Assembly (NCBI GenBank): GCA_947478395.1
Contig: CANJVR010000004.1
Span: 160,001 to 224,000 of the forward strand
DNA from: Opitutia bacterium
GTDB lineage: Bacteria; Verrucomicrobiota; Verrucomicrobiia; Opitutales; Opitutaceae
Length of the DNA stretch: 64,000 nt
Direction of reading: 5' to 3'
Part shown: positions 56,757-64,000 of the stretch, piece after piece
Layout: each line of letters starts with the position of its first letter
Numbering within the stretch: the first letter of the stretch is position 1
Notes under the pieces: generated by a model
What the model was told of the DNA's origin: nothing
What the model saw: the letters and a program-made list of their open reading frames with translations, nothing else
Databases searched by the model: none
Translations under genes and position numbers: made by a program

Positions 56757-57803
56757 ATGAAAGCCAAACGCCAGACCAAACGCCCCGAAGACATCAACGC
56801 CGCGCTCGCCGCGAAAAAGGGGCCGGTTTCCCAGTTCATCGCGCGCAGTTACCATCACTTCAACGCGGCGGCTTTGCTCGATTCCGCCAAGGGCTATGAG
56901 GCGCACCTCAAGGCGGGCGGCAAGATGCTCGTCACGCTCGCCGGCGCGATGTCCACGGCCGAGCTCGGCATCTCTCTCGCCGAAATGATCCGCCAGGACA
57001 AGGTGCACGCGATCGTCTGCACCGGCGCAAATCTCGAGGAGGATATTTTCAACCTCGTCGCGCACGATTACTACGAGCGCGTGCCGCACTACCGCCACCT
57101 TACGGCGGAAGATGAGCAAAAGCTCGTCGAGCGGCACATGAACCGCGTGACCGATACCTGTATTCCCGAGATGGAAGCGATGCGCCGCATCGAGGCGGCG
57201 GTGGCGGATGAATGGCTCGCGGCGGATCAGGCCGGCGAACGTTATTTCCCGCATGAGTTCATGTATAAAATTCTTCGCTCGGGGAAGCTGAAGAAGTTTT
57301 ACCAGATCGATCCGAAGAATTCCTGGATGCTCGCGGCCTGCGAGAAGAACCTGCCGATCATCGTGCCCGGCTGGGAGGACGCCACGCTCGGTAACATGTA
57401 CGCCGGTCGCGTGGTGACGGGTGAAATCAAGAATGTGCACACCGTCCGCACGGGCATCGAGTACATGGCGTGGCTCGCGGACTATTATACGAAAACGGCG
57501 AAGCTGTTGAAAAATGGCGAAGGCTCGATCGGCTTTTTCCAGATTGGCGGCGGTATCGCGGGCGATTTTCCGATCTGCGTCGTGCCCATGCTGCACCAGG
57601 ATCTTGGCCGCACGGGCGTGCCGCTCTGGGGCTATTTTTCGCAGATCAGCGACTCGACCACGAGCTACGGCAGTTATTCGGGCGCGGTGCCGAACGAGAA
57701 AATCACCTGGGGGAAACTCGCGGCGTCGACGCCGAAATTCATCGTCGAGAGCGACGCTACCATCGTGGCGCCGTTGATTTTCGCGTGGGTGCTGGGGCAG
57801 TAA
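56757..57803 (+). CDS. Deoxyhypusine synthase family protein
   Basis: HFNAA, TLAGAMSTAELG, TGANLEED, IGGGIAGDF, YGSYSGAVPNEKITWGK, ESDATI. Confidence 0.92.
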   Translation: MKAKRQTKRPEDINAALAAKKGPVSQFIARSYHHFNAAALLDSAKGYEAHLKAGGKMLVTLAGAMSTAELGISLAEMIRQDKVHAIVCTGANLEEDIFNLVAHDYYERVPHYRHLTAEDEQKLVERHMNRVTDTCIPEMEAMRRIEAAVADEWLAADQAGERYFPHEFMYKILRSGKLKKFYQIDPKNSWMLAACEKNLPIIVPGWEDATLGNMYAGRVVTGEIKNVHTVRTGIEYMAWLADYYTKTAKLLKNGEGSIGFFQIGGGIAGDFPICVVPMLHQDLGRTGVPLWGYFSQISDSTTSYGSYSGAVPNEKITWGKLAASTPKFIVESDATIVAPLIFAWVLGQ

Positions 57804-57834
57804 GGCCGTCCCTCGCAACATTTCTTAAAACGTT

Positions 57835-57929
57835 AAGCGCAAAGACGCGAAGGCAGGCAAAGATTCGCCAAGATTCCTCCCGAGGGTTTGGCTTTGCGTT
57901 GCTTCGCAGGTCTTCGCGGCTTCGCGCTG
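57835..57929. repeat. Degenerate CGCAAAG/CGCGAAG-type intergenic inverted repeat (related copies near 27688-27761 and 55636-55725)
   Basis: AGCGCAAAGACGCGAAG...CTTCGCGGCTTCGCGCT; the 55636 copy shares CGCGAAGGCAG, ATTCGCC, CTTCGCG and AATCCG. Confidence 0.55.
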
Positions 57930-58120
57930 AATCCGAAAACGCGCGCTCAGCGCGCCAGCGAGTTTACGTACACTTCGATCTGCAGGTAGCCGGGCTTGAA
58001 TGGAAATGGGCGGCGCGGCCGGGAAGTGGCGCGCGGGCTAAACCCTCGTTGCGTGCGACCCCCGCGGAATCGCCGTCACACGTAGCATTGCCTCGGGACC
58101 AGTTTGCGTGACGGTTGGAC

Positions 58121-60442
58121 ATGATGGCGAATCAACTGGCCGGCGAAAAATCCCCTTATCTGCTCCAACACGCGGACAATCCCGTGCACTGGCGGCCGTG
58201 GGGGGAGGCCGCGTTTGCCCAAGCGCGCGCCGAGCAGAAACCGATTTTTTTGAGCATCGGGTATTCGACCTGCCATTGGTGTCACGTGATGGCCCACGAG
58301 TCGTTCGAAAATCCGGAAATCGCCGCAGTGCTCAACGAGTACTTCGTGGCGATCAAAGTCGATCGCGAGGAACGGCCCGACGTGGACAAAGTATACATGA
58401 CGTACGTGCAGTCGCTCTCGGGGCATGGCGGCTGGCCGTTGAGTGCGTGGCTCACGCCGGAACTGAAACCATTTTATGGCGGGACCTATTTTCCGCCGGA
58501 GAATCGCGGCGGACGCGTGGGATTTCCTTCGCTCCTCCACGTGATCGCGCGCGGGTGGCGCGATGAACGGGACAAACTGATCGCCGAAGGTGAACGCGTC
58601 ATCGCGTTGCTGCGGCAGCAGGCCGTTGAAAGCCCGCAGCTCGGGCAGCCCAAGGCGGAAAACGATGGGCCGCCTTCGGACGCCGAGGCTCCGGCGTTTA
58701 GTTCCCAGCTTTTTCCCGCGGCGACGGCGGCCTACGAGCAGGGCTTTCAGCATTTTTACCAGACCTTCGATCCGGACCATGGCGGCTTCGGCGGCGCCCC
58801 AAAATTTCCGCGCGCGAGCAATCTCGCGTTTTTGTTGCGCTGTGCAGCGCAGCAAGGAACAGCATCGGAGTTAGGTCGTGCGGCCATCGACATGGCGGGC
58901 CACACGCTGCGCTCGATGGCGCAGGGCGGGATTCACGATCACGTGGGCGGTGGGTTCCATCGTTACTCGGTCGATGAGGCCTGGTTCGTGCCGCATTTCG
59001 AAAAGATGCTCTACGATCAGGCGCAGATCGCGGTGAACTTTTTGGAATTGAAACAGGCGACCGGCGATGAGCGCTATGCGTGGTTGGCCCGCGATATCTT
59101 CGACTATGTGGCGCGTGGCCTGACGAATCCGGACGGCGGTTTTTATTCGGCGGAGGATGCGGATAGTGCGCCGCCGGAGGCCGCGGCAGCCGGGCGAAGA
59201 GACCATGAACCAGGGACGAGTGGCACGAAAAGTGAGCACGTGGAGGGCGCGTTTTATGTTTGGACGAAGCCGGAAATCGTCGACGCGTTGGGCGCAGACG
59301 CGGAATTTTTTTGCGGGCATTTTGGGGTCAAAGCGGAGGGCAACGTCGCGGCTGCGCTCGACCCGCACGGCGAATTCAAAGGTAAAAACATTCTGGCGCC
59401 GGCGCGCTCGTTGGCGGAATCAGCGCGTGTGTCCGGACTGACCACGCAGGTGGCCAACGATCGCCTGCAGGCAGCGCTCGAAACGATGCGCCGGGTGCAA
59501 GGTGGGCGGCCGCGACCGGGATTGGACGACAAGGTTATTGCGGCTTGGAACGGGCTGATGATTTCCGCGCTGGCACGGGGCGCTCAGGTGCTTGAAGGCC
59601 AACCGGGCCGGCGTGAGGCCGGACCCTGTCTGGCCGCCGCGATCCGCGCGGCGGAGTTTGTCGAGCGTGAGTTATTCGATGCGGAGCGAGGGATTCTTTA
59701 CCGGTGCTGGCGCTTCGGTCGCGGGACGAACGAAGGCTTCGCGGAGGACTACGCCTATTTTATCCAAGGCCTCCTCGATCTGTATGAAGCGTCGTTTGAA
59801 ATCCGGTGGCTTCAATGGGCGGAGCGTTTGCAGCGGACGATGGACGGTCTTTTTTGGGATGAGTCCGCTGGCGGATATTTCAATTCTCCAGCGGGGGACG
59901 CGGCGATAATTCTGCGCTTGAAGGAAGATTACGACGGGGCTGAACCGGCCCCGAGTTCGGTCGCCGCGATGAATTTACTGCGACTTGATGCTATGGTAGC
60001 CGAAGCGACGGCGGGGCGGGGCGAGAGCGCTGTGCCCACCGGCCGGCTGACGCATCGCGAGCGAGGTTTGAAAACGCTCGAAGCCTTTTGTGGTCGCTGG
60101 AGCGGAACCCCCCACGCTTTGCCGCAGATGTTGTGCGCGTTGGAGCTGGCGTTCGAGTCCCCGCATCACGTGGTGATTGCGGGCGATCCGAAGGCGGATG
60201 ATTTTCGCGCGCTTGCGGCGGTGTTGTCCGAGAAACTGGGCCCGCGACGGACGGTGTTGGCGGCGGATGGCGGGGCAGGTCAGGCGTGGCTCGGCCTGCG
60301 GGCGCCGTGGCTCGCCGCGATGCGGCCGATCGGTGGGCACGCGGCGGCTTACGTGTGTCAGGAATATTCGTGTCAGGCGCCGGTAACGACCACGGCTGAG
60401 TTGCGCCGGCTGCTTGGAATCAACGAGGCCGAGCTGGTTTGA
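58121..60442 (+). CDS. YyaL/SPATA20-like thioredoxin-domain protein
   Basis: [65 protein letters not shown]. Confidence 0.95.
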   Translation: MMANQLAGEKSPYLLQHADNPVHWRPWGEAAFAQARAEQKPIFLSIGYSTCHWCHVMAHESFENPEIAAVLNEYFVAIKVDREERPDVDKVYMTYVQSLSGHGGWPLSAWLTPELKPFYGGTYFPPENRGGRVGFPSLLHVIARGWRDERDKLIAEGERVIALLRQQAVESPQLGQPKAENDGPPSDAEAPAFSSQLFPAATAAYEQGFQHFYQTFDPDHGGFGGAPKFPRASNLAFLLRCAAQQGTASELGRAAIDMAGHTLRSMAQGGIHDHVGGGFHRYSVDEAWFVPHFEKMLYDQAQIAVNFLELKQATGDERYAWLARDIFDYVARGLTNPDGGFYSAEDADSAPPEAAAAGRRDHEPGTSGTKSEHVEGAFYVWTKPEIVDALGADAEFFCGHFGVKAEGNVAAALDPHGEFKGKNILAPARSLAESARVSGLTTQVANDRLQAALETMRRVQGGRPRPGLDDKVIAAWNGLMISALARGAQVLEGQPGRREAGPCLAAAIRAAEFVERELFDAERGILYRCWRFGRGTNEGFAEDYAYFIQGLLDLYEASFEIRWLQWAERLQRTMDGLFWDESAGGYFNSPAGDAAIILRLKEDYDGAEPAPSSVAAMNLLRLDAMVAEATAGRGESAVPTGRLTHRERGLKTLEAFCGRWSGTPHALPQMLCALELAFESPHHVVIAGDPKADDFRALAAVLSEKLGPRRTVLAADGGAGQAWLGLRAPWLAAMRPIGGHAAAYVCQEYSCQAPVTTTAELRRLLGINEAELV

Positions 60443-60575
60443 GCCGGCGCACCGGAACGGGCGAGGCCGAGCGACCGCGGCGTTGCTTGGCCCCTAAGGC
60501 CAAGCACAGGCCGCAGGTCGGGCGAGTTTAGTTTGAGCGTTGCCGAAGACGTAGAATCGGGCGCACGTTAACGAG

Positions 60576-60954
60576 GTGAAAACCCTCGCCGTTGAAGCTG
60601 ATGCGCTTGCCCGGGCGCTCCGGCGCCAAGTTTGGCTTCGGCTCGGACACGACGCGTTGGATGGCGAAGCCGCATGGAAGTTGCTGGAGAACCACCCTGC
60701 GCGCAGGGTCGTGACTCGATTGGATTATGCCAGGGATGGACGGGCTGGAGCTCGGCCGGCGGCTGGAGGAGCGGCGGTCAATTCGCCGTTACCGCAAAGA
60801 AATCCACGACGAGAAAAATTATTGGCATCAGGTGGAAGGCTCCATCAACGAACGCACCGGCAGAGAATTCAGCCACTCGGGGTGTCCCCATTGTTATCAG
60901 CGCGTGGTCATCCCGGAGTCGCAGTTTTTGACCGGAGAAATAAATCGTGAGTGA
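60576..60954 (+). pseudogene. Decayed response regulator (frameshift plus internal deletion)
   Basis: MKTLAVEAD...DGEAAW...VVT, frameshift at ~60717, then DWIMPGMDGLEL jumping directly to NYWHQVEGSINERTG.EFSHSGCPHCY. Confidence 0.7.
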
Positions 60955-61165
60955 CGACGATCGCGTGCTGCGGCTGGAGGAGAAGGTCGCGTACCTGGAG
61001 CGTCACGTGACGGCACAGGACAAAGTCATGCTGGAGCTGGGCGACGAGCTGGCGCGATTGCGCGCGGAATCGCGGTTGCAACGCGACCGAGAGGACGACG
61101 CCGCTGGCGGCGGAGCGGGTGCGCCGGGTGGCGAATTACGGGACGAACGGCCGCCGCATTATTGA
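60947..61165 (+). CDS. slyX: SlyX family protein
   Basis: RVLRLEEKVAYLE...Q and C-terminal DERPPHY. Confidence 0.85.
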   Translation: MSDDDRVLRLEEKVAYLERHVTAQDKVMLELGDELARLRAESRLQRDREDDAAGGGAGAPGGELRDERPPHY

Positions 61166-61185
61166 TGGGGTAGTCGTTCAGAACA

Positions 61186-61360
61186 GACCTTGGGGCGAGA
61201 AGCCGCAAAGTCGCAGCACCACCCGGCCCTAAGGATATCCCTCGCAAAAGGTGACCTTACCAAAGTCCGACCACGTCATCTGCGACGAGGGATTGCGTGG
61301 GATCGAACCAAGAGCGGCGTTGGATCGAGTTCCTTCTTGAGTGGGTGCTGCCCCTAGGCC
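61186..61360. ncRNA. Candidate structured RNA, unclassified
   Basis: Nested pairings: GACCTTGGGG/CCCCTAGGCC, CAGCACC/GGTGCTG, AAGGA/TCCTT, plus two internal hairpins; lies between convergent genes. Confidence 0.4.
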
Positions 61361-61380
61361 GCGCGCGGGTGGGATGCCGT

Positions 61381-62862
61381 TTAGAACGTCGCCGTCACTT
61401 CCGTTTGATTTGCGGGTGACAGCGTCAGCTCACCAAGGGCTGTGCATTCTAGACTGTCGTTCTTATAGATTTTCAACGTGACGGCAGCCGTGGCGTCGGG
61501 CGTTTCCCAGCGCCATTTTCCGATTGATACAAACTGAAGCGGCACGCCTTTTTCCCAACTCAGGCCGGGCCCGGTGCCGCGAATGAAAAGACGGTTGCCG
61601 ATGCCGATGTAGGCCGTGACCAGTAGGCGGGTAGTGCCATCGGTCGTCGCAGCAGTCGACGGCGGTTCCGGGTCTTGAGTTTTGATGATGGGATTGACCG
61701 ATGGCTCTGGCGCAGGGCTGGGCAAGGGTAGCTCGTCGGGGGAAAATTGGATGAACTCGTCGGCGGGCCGCGGCGATTCTGAGTTTCGGGTTTCGATTTC
61801 CGGGGCCCGAACACGGAGGGGGGATGCTGGATTTGGTGCTTCCGGCGGAGAAGCTTCGAGGGCAGGAGCGGGCTCGAGTGCGGGCCGGGTTGCAGGTTTT
61901 TTGGGCGCCCGCTTGCGCGGTGCGGCAACCGCGACCGGTGGTTCCGGGGTTGGAGAATCAGCGAGACTGGCTGGAGCGATGAGCTCGGAACTGAGCGTAG
62001 ACGGCGTTGAATTTTCAGAACTTGGAGCGGCCGCGGGTGTGCTGATGGCGGCCCGGACCACGACGGGTGGCAGCGTTTCCTTTGGAATGACCGCGACGAT
62101 CGGTTCGGCCGGGGGCTCAGATGGGCGCGGAGCGGCGGCGAGGTCGGCGGTGGTCGCGGCCGATTTGGCGTCGAGCTCGGCGGGGAGTTTTACGCGCGTC
62201 GGTTCGAACGTGCGTTCCGCGGCGGCGAATTTCCGGTCGAGGACGGCTGCGGCGGCTGCCTGTGCTTGAGCGATGGCGGTCGTCGTGGTGGCGGCGAGTT
62301 CGGATAAATGCCGGCTCGAAGAACTAGCGAGCTGGGCGAGTGCATCCCTGGCCGTGGCGAGATGCTGGTGCGAGGCGGCCTCAAGTTTGGCGAGGTCGGC
62401 GCTGGTTTGCTCGATTTTAGCCGCGGTGGCAGCGAGACGGTCGCTTTCGGCGGCGCGGGTGTGGGCGAGCTGCGCGGTGAGCTCGCCGATTTTTTCCTGC
62501 AATTGGTGCGGCAGCTGATCGGCGGTACGGGGCTTTTTTTGGACGAGTTCGGCCATCTCGTGGAGGCCGTTGGCGGCGATGCTGATTTGTTCGGCGGAGG
62601 CGCTGACGGTCGCGCCGAGCGCCTCGAGGGCGCGCTGCCGTTCGTCGAGCGCCTCGTCCTGTTTGCGCGCGTAGTCGGTGATGAACGGAATCGTGCCGAG
62701 GATCGCGGCAAGGGCGACGCAGCTGACGACCGCGATGAGCGCGGTGCCGCCGATGGGGCGCGGTGACGACTGAATGATGAAAGCAGCCACGGCGAGGAGC
62801 AGCAAATCGCCGACAAGGAAGGGGAGCTTGGACAAACGGGGGGTTTGATCGGGACGGGGCAT
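61381..62862 (-). CDS. Membrane protein: 2 TM, coiled coil, Pro/Ala-rich linker, small C-terminal beta domain
   Basis: C-terminal TRLLVTAYIGIGNRLFIRGTGPGLSWEKGVPL...KWRW. Confidence 0.75.
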   Translation of the reverse strand: MPRPDQTPRLSKLPFLVGDLLLLAVAAFIIQSSPRPIGGTALIAVVSCVALAAILGTIPFITDYARKQDEALDERQRALEALGATVSASAEQISIAANGLHEMAELVQKKPRTADQLPHQLQEKIGELTAQLAHTRAAESDRLAATAAKIEQTSADLAKLEAASHQHLATARDALAQLASSSSRHLSELAATTTTAIAQAQAAAAAVLDRKFAAAERTFEPTRVKLPAELDAKSAATTADLAAAPRPSEPPAEPIVAVIPKETLPPVVVRAAISTPAAAPSSENSTPSTLSSELIAPASLADSPTPEPPVAVAAPRKRAPKKPATRPALEPAPALEASPPEAPNPASPLRVRAPEIETRNSESPRPADEFIQFSPDELPLPSPAPEPSVNPIIKTQDPEPPSTAATTDGTTRLLVTAYIGIGNRLFIRGTGPGLSWEKGVPLQFVSIGKWRWETPDATAAVTLKIYKNDSLECTALGELTLSPANQTEVTATF

Positions 62863-63008
62863 GGTGGTCGTCTCCGCGTTCGCTCAGCGCGGGGCGCGTC
62901 AAGCAGCGGCGGGAAGTTTTTGCGCGCCGGCTGGCGCTGGCTCAAGACGGAAAAGAAAGGGCGCTCCGGGATTTACCGGCCCGGCTTTTAACCGCGATCG
63001 CGGATCGT

Positions 63009-63500
63009 TTAGGATTTTCCCAATGTGGAATAAGCTCGAGCGAGAGCGGTGTGGAGGCGCTGCCATTCTACGGGATTCAGGTCGGTTTTTCTTCCCGGGG
63101 AAATCTGCCGATGGTCGGTGATGTGATCGAGCGCCCATCCGTGGAGCACCTGGCGAGGCATGATCCATTCGACGGCGGAGTCGATTTGTTGAACGCTCAG
63201 CGGCGTCGCATACGTGTCGCCGGCGAAGGCGAGGCTAAGGAGAAAATCGTTGCAGCGACTGCGTCCGAGGAACGTGGAGTCGCCGGCGTGCCAAGCGATT
63301 TGATCATCGGGCACGAGCGTGCAGCGGGAGCCGTTGGGCGCGATGAGGCAGTGATAGCTCACCTTGTTGGCGAACGAGAGCATGTGCGCAATGGTCGCAT
63401 CAAATGCCATCGCGCTGTGATGGCAGCAAACGCCGGCGCGTTCATGGGTCGGAGCGAGATCGCGGTTCGGCGACAGCTGGGTGAATTCGGGGAAGGGCAC
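63009..63500 (-). CDS. N-acetylmuramoyl-L-alanine amidase (Amidase_2 / AmpD-like)
   Basis: SPN, CHHS, VSYH, AWHAG.S, CND, TDHRQISPGRKTD; probable GTG start at 63500. Confidence 0.88.
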   Translation of the reverse strand: MPFPEFTQLSPNRDLAPTHERAGVCCHHSAMAFDATIAHMLSFANKVSYHCLIAPNGSRCTLVPDDQIAWHAGDSTFLGRSRCNDFLLSLAFAGDTYATPLSVQQIDSAVEWIMPRQVLHGWALDHITDHRQISPGRKTDLNPVEWQRLHTALARAYSTLGKS

Positions 63501-63523
63501 GGGTGAGTTGGCTGCCGAGAATT

Positions 63524-63892
63524 TCAGAGACGGCGCCAGGCGGCGACGCACAGCCAGCCGAGGAATACGAGGTGGAGGGCGCCTTGGAAGGTGAGAATCA
63601 CGAACACCCGTTGCAGGCGGCAATTGCGGCGCGGTGCGAAGCCGAAAATGAAGCGAGCGAGCAAGCCCACACGGTGAAAACAGACTAAGGGAAGCGTGAG
63701 CAGACTGAGCGTCCAAAGCGAGTAGACGAAAAGAAGGCCGCTCCAAAAAAACGCGGTGATTTCGCCGAGCCCGTGTTCGCGCGAATCCGTGACCAGGGCG
63801 ATTGGTTTGATGCCGACGTAGCGTTCACTGATCACGAACGGCCTGATCTCGAAAATGAAGAACAGCGGAGCGAGCAGCGTGAGAGCCAACAT
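63524..63892 (-). CDS. Small membrane protein, hypothetical
   Basis: 122-aa ORF with three hydrophobic segments. Confidence 0.5.
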   Translation of the reverse strand: MLALTLLAPLFFIFEIRPFVISERYVGIKPIALVTDSREHGLGEITAFFWSGLLFVYSLWTLSLLTLPLVCFHRVGLLARFIFGFAPRRNCRLQRVFVILTFQGALHLVFLGWLCVAAWRRL

Positions 63893-64000
63893 GGCGGAGA
63901 AAGGGATTTGGGGTTTCGGCGAACCAAGACAAATTCAAATCGCCGGCGCACGGCATCGCCCATGGGTCGTTGGTGGCTTTGGAAGCAAGCGACAGACGGA

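Noticed and set aside
61298..61310. GGTTCGATCCC (minus strand) as a tRNA T-arm or att site
   Set aside because: No T-stem, acceptor stem or CCA can be built around it, and it does not match the tRNA-Ile2 end.

Overview
GC-rich bacterial chromosome window. The gene style and repeat families suggest Verrucomicrobia/Opitutaceae, which is an inference. The left ~15 kb is accessory DNA. It holds a PLD-nuclease/SNF2-helicase gene coupled to a probable Type IIG R-M gene, a divergent HUH-relaxase-like ORF with an upstream inverted-repeat array, and a tRNA-Ile2(CAT) gene split by a 229-nt Azoarcus-like group I intron. Next come an excisionase-like HTH gene and a tyrosine integrase cut at its 5' end by a small inverted-repeat element, an AT-rich cassette-like block (PliI-like, DUF4116, DUF2779 remnant, UDG-like), Fic and a type II toxin-antitoxin pair. 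The rest is mostly core-like: a GH2-lyase fusion, Bcr/CflA, PPK2, DMT transporters, AKR, ABC-F, a deoxyhypusine-synthase-like gene, YyaL, SlyX and an amidase. A ~22-kb locus (29.9-51.6 kb) stands out. It combines four exported TlpA-type redoxin genes (one with five thioredoxin folds), DsbD, a cysteine synthase, two TonB-dependent receptors, ECF sigma/FecR, two LuxR-type regulators and a clan CD cysteine-peptidase lipoprotein. A 20-bp lux-box-like motif is shared upstream of the cysteine synthase and the first receptor. GTAG-type REP palindromes are scattered through the core, and an unclassified ~175-nt structured element lies at 61.2 kb. All protein calls come from motif recognition by eye, not from database searches.
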